DNA from: Tubiluchus corallicola
Lineage: Eukaryota; Animalia; Priapulida
DNA length: 64,000 bases
Direction of reading: 5' to 3'
Assembly: GCA_030141605.1 (NCBI GenBank)
Contig: JAQGDQ010000001.1
Span: 1,860,001 to 1,924,000, forward strand
The notes beneath the pieces were generated by a model. That model did no database searches. It saw only the letters and a program-made list of their open reading frames with translations, and was not told the origin of the DNA. Positions 26,459-40,299 of this stretch are shown here, one piece after another (positions within the stretch are counted from its first letter, which is position 1; each line of letters starts with the position of its first letter). The position numbers and the translations under genes are program-made.

Positions 26459-27599
26459 GGCTTCACTAAAGTGTTAATAGTCTTAATCAAAAAAGAAAAG
26501 CGTAAAACAAATTTCAAAACACGTTAAAGAATTCTGTTGAATTGTTCTTTTACTGAAAAGCTGAAAGTAATTCTAAACAATAAAAACAATTTCGAGGAAC
26601 AAAAACTCACAGTACAGAAAACAAAAGAAAGGTGTATGTTTTAATTCGTTTCAGGATTGAAGGGATTTTTTTAGCTGAACTTATTCTTGCCATTAAGAAT
26701 GATATCCCCTTTAATTCCAAGTCTAACTGTAGTACATATATCGAAAATCGTATTAAAATTGCATTAGCTATTACATGCAACAATTTTCATTTTGAGTGGT
26801 ATCAATATTTGTAACGTAGCAAGCACAATTTCAGCTTGACATTGTTGAACATAGAAGAAGACATAAACGTTTTACAAGTATATCAGAACAAGATTTAAAA
26901 ACTGAACTTGACCGTTAGTCCTATTTGACCTTTGATTGTTTGTACAGTAATACTTTTTCGTTTTTGTATTGCAGTCTGACGTTTCAATAAATTCTTCTCT
27001 GTGTTATACGAGTAGAGCGTTTAACAGTAATGGAAAATTACTTATTTTATTCTAAGGTTAAGAAACTTTGCTGGTGCCCATCAGAGTTTGTAATTTTGGA
27101 TGTGGGACTTATCGAAAATTATTAAATATACTTGACATTTTCAAGATGGTCGACAAGATGGCTGTCGATACCTTATAAAAGGCCATATTTTAGCTGCTTG
27201 GGCAAGCAAAATGGTGATTTTGGTGTCTAAATATAGGTTGTCAAGTCCATTTCTGATGTTTCAAATTCTTGTGGCATCACCCCATCTAGGGTTCCAAGAC
27301 AGCTGCAGCTGCTTGAGTGATTATATTAGCAGTACTGTGGAAATAGTATGACGATTTTGATATTAAGATATAGGCTTTAAAATCAAAGGTTTTAGATAGG
27401 ATGCAATATGGTCGCATTTTCAAGATGGCCGACAGGATGGCTGGCGTTAGCTTATGAAGGTCATATTTTAACTATTACGTCAGTGAAGATTTTGGTGTAT
27501 AAATGTAGGTTTTTAAAAACCAGGACTCCATAAATGCTGCTTAAAACACTTAAGACACCGTCTCATGTAGGAAATTAAGACGGCTGCCCGGATGACCTT

Positions 27600-28440
27600 A
27601 GCTTCCACAGAATATGAGGGTAAAGTGATAGGATTCTACACCCAGCGAAAAGATAATTGCATTACGGACAAAGTGAACAGATCATCTGCTTTAACTCCAT
27701 ACTGTCACGAAGAGGCAAACACTCGTTTTCTACGCCATCCTAGTGACTCCAGCAACCAAGGCTAAATCGCATCATGATCAATACTGTTGATGCTGCTGTT
27801 ATTGTTATAGTAGTAACCAAATGCAATGAGCTTCACATGAGTGAGCTATGGATGGAATTTGGAACAGGTAACTACCTTACGTACATAGCTTCCATTTCAT
27901 GAAATTATGAATGCTGTAGCACCTGAAATAGCAGCAGTTACGTGAGCACATGTCCTTACTGGTGCGACCAAACTTAAAAGGATAGGGAAAAAGACAGCTT
28001 GGTCAACATAACAAGTATCTGAGCAGGTAATAGGAACATTTACATCTCTAAGCAACTCTTCTAAACTGAGCAGCTGTCTCACCTCATGAAAGCGCGTGAA
28101 TGTTCTGTTGACTCTTGTACGAGAGAACTAGCACATTGTCAGTTGGTAAGTCGTATAAAAGCTTCATAAACAGTGTAAGGTCAACGAAAGTAATTCGTCC
28201 GACACCTCCCACACTGCTGGAACACACCAGACATGTGGCAATTCGAACAGAATTGTGCTAGGGCTAGGTATTGAACTGACTTGGAACAACACTGGCCATT
28301 ACAACCGGAAGCATCAAAAGCATGTCAGCCACTTATCAAGTCTTGTTGCCACCCGCCAAAGGATGCAATGCTACAGTGGATCTGATCAGATGTCAATGAA
28401 GCAAATCTCAGTGTAAAATGGTGTGTGCACTGTGTAGAAA
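27600..28440 (+). mobile_element. Degenerate Academ(X)-like DNA transposon relic (XPG-like nuclease plus Cys-rich tail)
   Basis: Broken frames give CHEEANTRF.RH, IMINTVDAAVIVI, HVLTG…IGKKTAW, IRPTPPTLLEHT and EASKACQPLIKSCC…C. This is the HEEADTR/TVDTDV/GKKTAW/LPPT/Cys motif order of Academ-type proteins. Confidence 0.6.
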
Positions 28441-28644
28441 ATCTCAGTGTAACATAAGGTATTTGTGTAAACAGTTAAACGATTTTGTACAGAAATGTGC
28501 AAATACGAGTTTGTTGGTGATATATGCAAAAACGATGGGAAACCTCAGACATATGCGCCTTATGATATTGATGACACTGAAAGATGCAACGTCTAAAATG
28601 AACTGTAACGAAAAGCGTTTGAAACAAATTTATGTGACATTAAG

Positions 28645-28880
28645 TAATGTTTGAAAAAATAATCAGAGCATCCGTGGTATACTTTTCGCGAATTATATAA
28701 AAGTTTTAATTACTTCATATTGTCAATAAGATCAGTGGTCCGCACTGGGATGGCGATGGATGCAGTGCCCAGTTACCAGGTACTTGAACATTCAAAACTA
28801 AAAAAATTGAGAATTTTCTTTTCCAGTTACATAAGTCGTTCAAACAGGCAAGCGTACTGCTAAGTAGTATAACTTTATAT
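28645..28880 (+). repeat. Interspersed repeat family, copy 1 of 3 (others 53283-53540 +, 56890-57140 -)
   Basis: Shared TTGAAAAA(A)TAATCAGAG…GAATT..CTTTTC.AGTTAC…CAGGCAAGCGTACTGCTA blocks. Confidence 0.7.
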
Positions 28881-31800
28881 GAAAGGCTTTACGGGATATA
28901 CCTTCTCCTTTAAATTAAAAATACAAAATAATAAGTTTCCGGAAATAACAGAATCTTACAAATTTTTATGATTTTGAACCATTCTTAAAAGTTTAAGGCG
29001 TTTTACTGATGCAAAAAGCATTTCTTTTTCTGATAAAATAGCAATTTTTGGAATAAAAATTAAAATAATGTCTCGGTGGAAAAAAATACAAAATGTATTT
29101 TAAGATATACCGACACCAAATTGGTCAAAAGTCACAAAAGTCATGAACACAAAAGTATATGTTGGCAAACATTTCCACCAATTGTATACATGATAGCGCG
29201 CAGCTGCGTTAAAGCAGACACGAAAGTACACTGCAAAATACATGTACTATACGTACTAGCAATATACGTACTAGCATAAAGTACATACATATAAAGCCAG
29301 ATCGAGTTGTGGGAGTGGAGCAAAAAAAGTTAAACCAGACAACACACCGTGATTGTGAAAAATTTCTACCACCATTAGCAGTTAATTTGTCGATTACCTA
29401 TAACTGTAACCTTGGTACGCATGGGCCTATGTGAAAACAGTCAAATCATTGCAACCTTTTATATATAGATTATACTTATCTTGCATATTGTAGTACAATT
29501 TTTAATGTATATAAACTTAAAAATCGTTCATGACTTACCATATAAGTTACTGAGAAGTTATTATCACTAATAACAGTCATTTACTAGCGATGCACATGTA
29601 ACTTGCTGAGTAACATAGTACGATGATAATGAAGGTACACATTTTAGAAAATGGTAATATATAGGCTTATAGGCTTAACTTCCCGTCGCCATGTTATTCA
29701 CAAAAATTTTTAGTGATTTCACGAAAGTCAGTTTAAGCTCGTTATACAAAGAAAATACAGAAAAACCGAAATTTAACAGAATAATCCAGAATAGTCTATG
29801 AATGAATTATATATGTATAGCGGTATGAGCGTATAAGGCATGTGCATATAAGTGCAGAAGCATTTCTAAAGTTCAAGGGCACAATGTAAAACTTTGTGTC
29901 TGAGTGATAGCTAGAAGCATTACCATTGGCAGTACCAATATAAATTACTACTTCAGTATTGAGGGTGCGCCCGCTGAATTTAAGCGTATCTTGAATACAA
30001 ATACAGCTGTATTGTCAATGAGTGTTTGGATTGATAGATAGAGAACTAAATCAATAATTAGCAATTTTCGCGTAAACTTGAAATGTTATGAAAAAGAGGT
30101 AAATTTTGTACACACAGTGAACGCAACGGTGTGATTCTTGTTTCTACGCATCCACGCAGGATGTGACTGCGCACATTTTCGAGATGTGATTACCATACAG
30201 ACGCTTTTAATCAGGCAAGAGCTTAGAGGTGATCTCATCTCAGAAATGAAGCTGTCTAAAAGATTTGTCTGTAAATGCATAGTCGCACAGAAACGCAGTA
30301 TCACTTCAGGGAAAAACGAATCTAGAGTTTTTCCCAAAGCAAAAATTGACGAATTTTTTGCACAGTAAATTACGCATTAAAGTGAGATAATGATAAAGTG
30401 CTTTATGTGTTCATTGTTGTTACAACTGCGAAACACATACTATACCAGTTTTATTGCTGCAGTTTAATTTATTCTAATACATCTGTTTGATTGTTTCTCA
30501 TTAAGCGATTGCTTAATTACCCGAAAAAGTAGAACAGGTATTTCAGAGTTTTCACGTATAGAGCTGTATCACAATTACAGGGACTTCGGTACTCTCCTTA
30601 CATTATACGGTAGTTATGAAGGGCATTGTAAGTCTTATGCTGATCTTGTGATACTGAGATTTAGTCGAAATAAGCTAAAAATGGAAAACTCGATGAAACT
30701 AAATGTGCTTAATATTTAAATTAATATACAGCATTCCTGTGTGCACATTTTAATTATATTTTAACAGTGTTTGAACTGTGAAAATTGAGGTCTGCACGCA
30801 GACTAGAGTCTTATCGATCCAAATGCCAAGGTATAAGATGACACTCTTGGTGAAATTACGAAATATATTTAAGGCATTGGTTAAATTTTCAGAAATGGTG
30901 AAAGCGGCACTAGTACAATTTCCGAAAGTTTGTTTAAACCATTTTCGCGTCAAGTAATTTTTTCTTATACCCACGATTAACAAGCACTTAATTAATATCT
31001 GAAATATTGAAGTATAACTTATCTACATTAAATCATTGCGTTGCAATGATAAGGTATAGACACTACTGCTCAAACGTTTTCAAGGCTCCTATACAATTAT
31101 TTAAAATCAGTTGAGCGATGTCTTTACAATGAAAAATTTTGTGACAGAACTAGAATTAATAGTTGGAAATTTACACAGATTTGAGCCTGATGGCCAAAAA
31201 TTATAATTTTTGTGCTCCATGCATTTTTAATTCGTACATGCTTTCGTTGTAAGAAACTGCCTCCCAAAACGTTTCCACTAGCTCATTTCCAACACAGGTA
31301 GGAAAACGTGATTTCCTGCATTTTAGTAAAGAGTAGCAATAATAATAAATGCTCTGTTATAGTACATGTTTTCGGAAATAATTTACTAAGGAATATAATG
31401 TTGCGTTATTTGTTATAGATTGTGTGACTGCATACACCAAATAGTGACGTAAGGTACGGATTTGCTTGATTGGAATGAAATCTGATCTGCTGTGTAATTA
31501 AAGATAAGCCTTTGGTGATTAGACAGACGTTGACAGAGGAGTACCAAGACTGTGCCAGAGAAGCAAGGTGATGGAACAAAATGGGTTTTACACTAGACTT
31601 AATACAGGCAGTCTGCATTGTCGCCTTCAATTTATTGTTATCTTCCTCGAACCAATAAAGAAGTCTTAAATTTAAAACGAGGCGCCCGTTCAACATTAAA
31701 ATAATTTTGTGCAAGCCATTATGCTTCAATGTTCTTAGTTCAAACGCACAAAAAACTAAATAAGTGTATTTTATTGTATTGCATCTGGATTATGTTATTG

Positions 31801-34800
31801 CTGCTCTACTATGATCTGTAGCTTGTAATATAATGATGGAAGTTTGTGAAAAGATGACGTCTAAATCAAAGGTAATGTTGAGGGTCACAGCTGATAAAAG
31901 CTACAGAAGATTAGTATATGGAGAGCACATTGGCAATTTGTTTTGTTAGCATAGGCACTGTTTCTTGACATGTTTCATTTTTAACAAGTTGCATTAATAC
32001 ATCCGGTACTACAGGGAAATCGTTTTGTGTGTTAGCAAACCTCTGACGAAATTCCCAGACTGTTTTGCCTAGTCAAGCCGAACGCAAAAGCTGCCGTTTA
32101 CCATATTGCGTTCATTTTTTTCTTGATACATGTAAAATAATTTCTAACGTATCTTCTAACTATATATTAAAAATGTATATGATGATTGTTCTGCACTTTG
32201 CAATTACAATGCTGGTCAAATAAAGTGACCAGTGGAAGTTGGTGTCCTTATTACATTTATAGTTGAGGAATTAAAAGTGAATGCAGCCTGCAAATTTTTA
32301 TATTCTTGCTATCTCGATGTGTGTGTAAAATGTGAGTGCGTGGGAGCATGAACAAGAAAGTGAGTGGGTGAATACATGCAGGTTGTCTGTTGCTAAAACA
32401 GAAAAATGAGTTTCAACTAGCTTGAGTAATTAGATGTATATTAACTCTTAGTTAAATAAATTTTGTGCGTATTACCCACAAATTAAATGATGGTGTAAGT
32501 TCACAATTAATTAAATTCTAATATCAACCTAGAAAGTTAGAAAATGTCAAAAAATGATGGCACGAGTGAAGGTTGAACCGTGAAGGATGAACTATGAGGG
32601 ATGGACATGAACTTTTTTGATTACTGGGAATACGGTGGCCTTGTGTATAAGGCGTCTGCATGTAAGCAGATGGGCCTACGTTCGAAGTCAGGCTGAATTC
32701 GAACTTTTTCACATTTCCTGTCTCTCAAGTCTGGTATCAAAATTGAATTAATCGTGGGCTGGTACAATGATTTATATTTATAATATTCTTGGTATTAAGA
32801 TTTATTAATAATAAAATTACCTGAAAGCTATTCGTATTACACATATTAGCCTAAATTTAAAGGTTCAGAAAAACTTACCAAAAAAACTACTGAATTAATT
32901 TCACCGTTAGTTTCCTTTATTCATCACCATAAAATCTAGATTTTTCTTTTACGGCTACATTGTTTTTCACTCAACACTAACCCACTCATTACGACCGTCC
33001 GATTCCTGTCAGGAATTCTCGCACTTCTGGTGGAAAATCTATAATCCCAGAGTCAATGATTGGACGCATATTGCGTCGCCTGAAAGCAAACAAGAAAGGT
33101 AGGAAGGAAAATCAATCTGCCAGGCTTTTATTACATGGAATACTAATAAGAACTGTGCACAGATTGAGTTCATTTCCACTCGTTATTATAAATGGCTGTT
33201 TTATGGTGAAGTTATAATTACCGTGGATGAATAATAATTAGGCCAGGTAAAAAGGAATGTAATGAAGAAGTTTAAAATATACGTCCTGATGTTACACATA
33301 TTTTGGCTTCCAAAGTGAGAATGGAAATCTCGGATTCATATTCTTTAATCTATTTCATCAATATACATTACTTAAAGCAAGGTAATTCGAATAAATTAGA
33401 TTGACAAGTGTGATAAAAGTAACGACTACTGTTCACCCGTTTACAGTTTGACATTTTTGATTAAACAACAGAGAATTTTGCACATTAATTGATTCTAGAC
33501 ATGTCTCACTCTTATTAAACAGGTTCTGTATTATCCGAGAGAAAGGTAATCAATTTGGTTGGCGTAGCTGTAAAGGATGAAATTTGGACGACCTTGAACA
33601 CTTGGGAAAGCGATATCCTAGACCTAGAGGTCTAAAGGCCTATTGAACGCAAGAGCGAATCTGCTGACACGATGTGTTTTGTTCGTATGTCCTGTATGTG
33701 ATGATAGTAAGCTATCATAGGTTTGACCCGTAAACAACAACACAAGAGTTCTTTCTTGTACGCCTTGAAAAGGTCAACAGAATTAAATTTCTTTAGTTAT
33801 TAAGAAAGAACCAATTTCTGCCTCAACACTTTTATCTTTGACTCCTCGACTCCTGGCATCGGATGAGACAGTTCTCTGTTAATTTGAATGATAGGGCTGA
33901 AAAAGTGATGATTTAAAAAAAAACAATTTCAGCCATTTTAATTTTGTTTCTTATAGTGTTTCTACTTACTGCTGCTTTGTAAAATTTAGGATTATTTCGC
34001 TTATTCTAGACCTGTTCATTGCCTTTCTAGTTACTTATATAGGTTTATACTTCAGAGAGAAGCATGTTTGTATGTTTCTTGATGAGCAGCATTTTTTGCA
34101 GAAAGTTAGCAGAGTAGTAAGTAACACTTTAAATTTTACAAAAAATGTCTCAAATGACTTGAATGAAGAATTTGCTAACAGGTTTTGAGACAAAGCTTCG
34201 ACATAAATACCCTTAAGTTCTTCCGTACCTGGACTCCTAATAACTTCTCATGGTCTTACATAACTTTTAGCCATTTGAACCAATATTTGATGGTTGTGAA
34301 TTTATGTTTTTTCGAAAAACTTTCGAACAATTTACAGTTTGTTGGGCGCTGTTCTGCTCTACTTGACCACATTGATAGTTCCTTAACCACATCACCAAAA
34401 CTAGCTGGACTGGAACCGATTTTTTTGCTATTTATATAAATGTAAAATATAATAGTCGAACGCACCAACTTGTCTAAATCACGACTAGTTTTAATATTTT
34501 TGACGTAATGCTACACTAAAATAAAGGCCTGAACGTAACTATTGTATTAACTATTCAGACAAATTTCGGCTAAAATATTATTGCACGCCTATGCATGGAA
34601 TGGACAAACTATATGAGGTGTCAGTAAAAATTAACTTGAAATAGTGAGGGAATACCTTCCCCCCTCGCTCCAAACAGAATAAGGACCCGCGACATTCATA
34701 CGTGTGCCCACATCACTACACCCCTGCTACCAAGTAAAATTAATTCAGATTGTTATCACGTGATCAGTTAGAACTTTTCTTATTGCATTATGCGCTTTTG

Positions 34801-35972
34801 TGGTGTTATAATATGAGTTAAACTTCGAGTTATTACATTATGCGTTAGTTTTTTATCACATTATCGGTTAGTTGTCACACTATGCGTTGATTTTTATTAC
34901 ACAATGCATTAATGTTTTTTTTCTGTATTAACAACATGGGCGTTTCGTACATTATCAGTTGTAACACGCTTTCTAGCGATGGACACTCTACACGCTGCCA
35001 CACAGCGACAAGTAGACTTTCAGAATACAACTAAAATTTGTGGAATCACTGTTATGAATATAGATTTGCCTATTCTATTCTTTTTGTCATTTAAACCTGA
35101 TTTCTTATTAATGCTTTACTTACACAAACAACATTTTAGTTCATTTAATTTTATATCTTAAGGTACTATCGATATTGTTTACAAATCAATGTTTTTTCAC
35201 GCTCTGTGTCTCTAAACTGAGCCTTTTGGTTTTGTGCTTGTCATATATTTTATGCATTCTTTATAAACTTTAGTATGTATAGCATCGATATATCTTAAAA
35301 CTGCATGTAACTTATTTAATTTCAAATAACTAAGCACGATAATTTAATCAAATACAAATCAACTTTGCAGTTTTCACATGTCCTTAAATACTAGTAGTTA
35401 AAGTTAATTAAGTCTTTTCACTAGAAATTTTTTGTGTTACAGCTGTAAAAATATAAAAAATTGCTTTTTAATTAACCTCGCATACGGAATTACTGTTAAC
35501 TCTTTTTACACTATTTGATATCATGATTCTTGATGAGTGGTTAGAGAACAGCTTTCTTGCAATTTTTCTCGCTTCGTTTTTATGCATTTCTTCAGGATAG
35601 CTCAGGACCAATGTTTGCAGATTTTACATTATCAGTTGCTGTGTAGGAATATCTTTTTTAAGTCTCTACTACATTTTATTTATGGCATATCCGGTATGTA
35701 AAAGATAACTGTAGGTCAGCGGTTGTGCTTTACACAAGCAGCTTATTCTATCTACTATTATAAGGTGCTTCATTTATTTACACAATACAGTATCATATTG
35801 AGTTCGCTATACCATAATTCCGTTCCAGTTCAATCATCTGTTAGTTTGTACTGAGCATAGTTGTGTGGACAACGCATGTGAACGCAGTCCTAAATTATTA
35901 ATAAGCTATAAAATAGATATTGACAAACGCTCATTAAATAAATCTGGATATCGCAAGTAATACGCCGTCATC

Positions 35973-36905
35973 ATGGCGTCTGGTCGTTCACGTGATATCT
36001 TTGGACAAAAATCTGATATTGTACTTGGAAATTATGACGTAGAAATTATTGCAAAGTGTTACGGGAAAGATGATAACGGACATGTAATAAATTCATCATT
36101 GGGAAGGCAAAACACATCGGGTATTATGGGTGTCGCTGGAGAAGTGATCAATATTGGCTCTGACGTTGTTTTCATTAAACCAGGTGACAAAGTAGTAGGT
36201 TTGGTTTCACCGGGTTTTCAAAATTCTGGCGGTAGCAATACTATTGTTGCCAGCGAAATACACTTTGTTCCTATGCCAGAGAAACTATCGTATGCAGAGG
36301 CTTGTGCTACTACTGGGCCGTGTTTAAAAGCGTATACAGCCCTTCATTACCTTGCTCATTTGCGTAAAAATGAAACCGTGCTTTTGTTTCATTCGCCAAT
36401 GCTGTTTAGAAGTTTCGTTGTCCAACTAGCCTTGGAATGGGGAGCCTCCAGAGTGTTTTGCGTTGTTGACCACGAAAATGAAAAGTTTTATTTTGAAGAC
36501 GTTTTGAAGCTGCCGTCTGTGACAGTGCTTGAGAACGTGACGTCTAGTGCTGTGCTACATAAGAAAGTGTTGGAACACACAGCAGGATTGGGTGTGGACA
36601 TTATCATCGACAGTGGTGTAAACCTGTACAGACACGAACGCGGGCAGAAAGGGACACCCGAGAAACCGGAGAAACATGACATTATCTCTTTGCTAGCCGT
36701 GGGGGGAAGGTGGGTAACGTCACAGTGTGATTTACAGCTGGACCCACCAGATAGTAAGTTGCTGTTCCTCAAGTCGGCTTCTTTGGCTTTCTTGTTTGAG
36801 CTTTCGTGGTTTTTATCTCCTACCAAACTAGGGAAATATCAACACGTATTGCGTGACGGTTTGGATAAAATTGCTCGTGGTTCACTGAATGTTGTGCAAA
36901 CGTAA
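35973..36905 (+). CDS. CRYZL1: Quinone oxidoreductase-like protein 1 (zeta-crystallin-like, CRYZL1), single-exon ORF of 310 aa
   Basis: AYTALHYLAHL, GLGVDIIIDSGVNLY, KHDIISLLAVGGRWVT and LQLDPPDSKLLFLK are CRYZL1-family motifs. ORF is intact. Confidence 0.9.
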   Translation: MASGRSRDIFGQKSDIVLGNYDVEIIAKCYGKDDNGHVINSSLGRQNTSGIMGVAGEVINIGSDVVFIKPGDKVVGLVSPGFQNSGGSNTIVASEIHFVPMPEKLSYAEACATTGPCLKAYTALHYLAHLRKNETVLLFHSPMLFRSFVVQLALEWGASRVFCVVDHENEKFYFEDVLKLPSVTVLENVTSSAVLHKKVLEHTAGLGVDIIIDSGVNLYRHERGQKGTPEKPEKHDIISLLAVGGRWVTSQCDLQLDPPDSKLLFLKSASLAFLFELSWFLSPTKLGKYQHVLRDGLDKIARGSLNVVQT

Positions 36906-37269
36906 TTGAATAAATAACCGCGCTGGTTTTGATTTTCAAGCAATTTTCTTTTCCAGTTTATCATCGGAAACCATTTCGTTTTATCTTTGTCTTATTCTCC
37001 TTATATGCAGAAACATAATACATGACGCCATGTACTAATTAAGTCAGGAAATTATGTAATCAAAGTACTGTGTGCAGGGTTCTTGAGCGTTACCGTCACT
37101 TTTATACAACAGATTTACAGAATTGTTTACTTGCATAGGCTACATGGATCCGTGTCACTGGTGAAACACTTGTGTACGTACAAATTACGAACTAATGTTC
37201 AAATATTTCAAATTTAATCAGTAAAACAACAACAGCAAAATTAAAGGTGATAACAATTTCTAGTAATAC

Positions 37270-37960
37270 CTAACTCCCCCAAAGTAACGTTGGCCTGCTA
37301 CGCTTCCGTCTCTCATCAGGACTTGGGATCCAATAACCATACTCTCCGACCACACCACGCCAGGTGCTCTCCTTTAGTAATCAGTCGAGTCCTCGCCAGC
37401 AACGGTCACCAATTCAGTCTTCGTACGGACCAGGCCTCGAAACTGCTCCAGTAATCCAGTAGTTGAACTTTGTGAAGTGACAAACAGATTCGTTGGTTCC
37501 ATGTAAAACTTCGACCGAGTGAGCCTCGACTGGTTTTCTGCTTACCAAACATTGTTTCTACTACTCACACAATCGTTCAGACAAAAATTTATCAATCCAG
37601 TGAGAATCTGAGTTCTGTTTTGCAAGAAGAAATACGGTTACAAATCACTTTTGAACGTCGAGACAGTGCCATTACAGCAAACAACGAGGAAATAAAAGTA
37701 GGCAAAAACGTTGTCTATGTCTTAATCATTTCATTGCATACGAGTGCCATTAAAGACAGGTTCACATCAAACTTGGTGTCCTGCGTTACAAAATAACCTC
37801 GGTGTGTGGACTAACCAACAAAACTCCACCACCCTGTAACTTTGGCAGTCAGAACACATATGACGGAAAACACTAACTCTGTAGTAAATTTCCTAAAACA
37901 GGCTGAAGCCATTTGGTATTTGAATTCCAGGTAACCTAGTTACAAGTAAGCAGAGAAATG
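37270..37960 (-). mobile_element. Possible decayed Gypsy LTR-retrotransposon integrase 3' fragment
   Basis: Weak integrase-like remnants (TQDTKF; RKF…W…TKFNYWI) ending in a purine tract GGGGGAG on the minus strand. No intact frame. Confidence 0.3.
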
Positions 37961-38377
37961 AGCGGCCAGAGTCATCTAGTGTCAAAATCTTACAAAAACA
38001 AGCGTGGCTATATATGTTTAAATAAACAGCGCGACAAATCAATAAGGCAAATACATCATTAACTGTGCACATACAACATGTACGATAGAAATATCAAAAT
38101 AGGTATGGCGACAATGATAGGTGGTATAACCGACCATCATAATACATATTTAAGCTATTTAACCGATTTTTGTGTTTAATATTGTGTGAAAACATTTTAT
38201 TCCTAGGTTTACAGTTTTTGAATTCTATCCGAAAATTCGAAGTTTCTCTCCACAGCCATGAAGGACGTGAACAGTTTTCCTTATACACACGTTAACTTAG
38301 ATTCTGTGCTTCAGTCAACTAAGCTTGATACAGCTTGTTGTTCTAAGAACAAACGCGATGGCACCACTATGTCGACT

Positions 38378-38379
38378 AA

Positions 38380-38428
<49 letters not shown>
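38378..38428. repeat. (TTA)n microsatellite
   Basis: Trinucleotide run. Confidence 0.97.
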
Positions 38429-40299
38429 CTGTAGTAATATTCAAAAATTCGTGTATCGCGTTGTAGCAATATCATATAATTTAGTAAGAAAATATTTAGG
38501 AAATGCTTAAGAATTTAATGCTATGTCAGTTAATTAGTTTTAATTCGTTTAATCACAATTTTATATTAGGCATGTGCACCTCGTTATTGAGGACCCTGAT
38601 ATGGAAAAAAGAGCAAAATTAATATCAAAGCTATTTTCGCATAAAAAGATCGAATACTGACATAAAATTAATAAATAGTCTTAACACGCGTTAAAATTTT
38701 TAGGTTGGGATTACCACTTTGATTAGCAAGCGCTTTCTGAAAGAATTTCTTAACTAACCGTTTCCTTTTCTGACACAATTTCGCAGATAACGTCAGACAT
38801 ATTATACTTTAGCAGCAAGATTGCGGAACAAGGCCGAACTAGGAGCACTGATGGATCTGTGTAGTTTAGTAGCAATCCAGTGCAATATTAGTGTAAGTTA
38901 ATTTAACAGGTGACAACAGTGTGACCCGACTTTTTAGTTTTCATAACCGTAGAATGAAGTCTCCACTGAAATGTCTCCACTGAACTACAAATGAAGGAAT
39001 CCGATTTTCCGTCTCATTATTATTTATTATTGTTGTTGCTGTTGCTGTTGTTGCCGTTGTTGCTCTTGTCGTCGTTGCTGCTGCTCCGCAACATCAGCTA
39101 AAGCAAAGCCTCTTCAACTCCTCCAGCTTGTTTCTATGTGGCGGCGCACATTAAACAGCCTGTTTAACGCATACATGCGTTACCTGCAGAGTGAGCTAAA
39201 AGAAACCAATAGCTAAGTGAGTGTGTAGCAGAAGTCGTGTTTAGTGCGTGGTTTCCAAATGACTATATGATCAGTTTTATCTGCAGTGAAGACCTTGAAG
39301 AAATCAGACAGGAATAACTGTCTGCAAAAAGAATTGCGAGCAGTCTTGCATACAAATTCAAACAAAGGTGAGCCACTAATTTCAAATAACTGAATTGATA
39401 GTATAGTAGGTAGTTAAAAGACCGAACTGATATATTTCAACTGCTATTTTCATTTGCGTCATAACAAATTCTATTTTGAATTCCATTCATGCGAGAAGAT
39501 GAGAACGTGGAAGTAGAGCAAATTAATGCAGCTCTTACTTAAGTTTATTAGGAAATTGGGAAGAAAAATTTGCGCATAGAAGTTACGCAGATGTGTTCTC
39601 GAGAATCTCAAGTTTATTAAGTCGAGTACAAAATTTTGTTTTTTGTCTTTGTTATTCTTCTATTTCTTCGTCGTCTTCTTCTTCTTCCTTTATGTATTCC
39701 TCTTTTAGTTACTCGCCATTTTCCCTTCTTTAACATTTCTGAACATAAATCAGAGAATGCAGATGGTTGTGGGAGGACCGGAGCTACCGGTTGTCAAAGA
39801 TAATCTTCTAAGATGAAACGTTGACCGGTAGAATTTCTCAATCCACGTTTGGGCTATAAATGTACCTCTTTAATCCCCGACAAGTTATAAGCCCTATTAG
39901 CAGTATGGTAAACAAAACTCTTACACCTTCTCTCTCTTCCACCATTCCAAGTTTTGGCGGCTTTTTAACAATTAAAAGCGGCCGTGTTAAGGGTTAAGCC
40001 CTCTATTGCACGATACTTAAGAAATTTTCAAAATACTAAGCACATGGACACTATGACTTTCACAAATTTTCTTCCTGTGACTGATGATATGTAATATGTA
40101 AGTAATTATATACACACGTTGTGCTTGATATGTAAATCCATGACAGGCAGAGGCAAGCTAAAAGTCAGCGTAATTAAGATGCAAAAAAGAAGGCACGACA
40201 GTAATAAGTACTCGTAGTGATAACTCATTACTCATTAGACACATATTTCAGAGAATTAATTAATAACAGAAGAATTAACAATTCAGAGAATTTTTATTC

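Noticed and set aside
29970-29985. CCCGCTGAATTTAAGC, identical to the conserved 5' end of 28S rRNA
   Set aside because: Only 16 nt; the flanks show no rRNA similarity, so it is not an rRNA gene.
36488-36826. 112-aa antisense ORF
   Set aside because: Shadow of the CRYZL1 coding strand.
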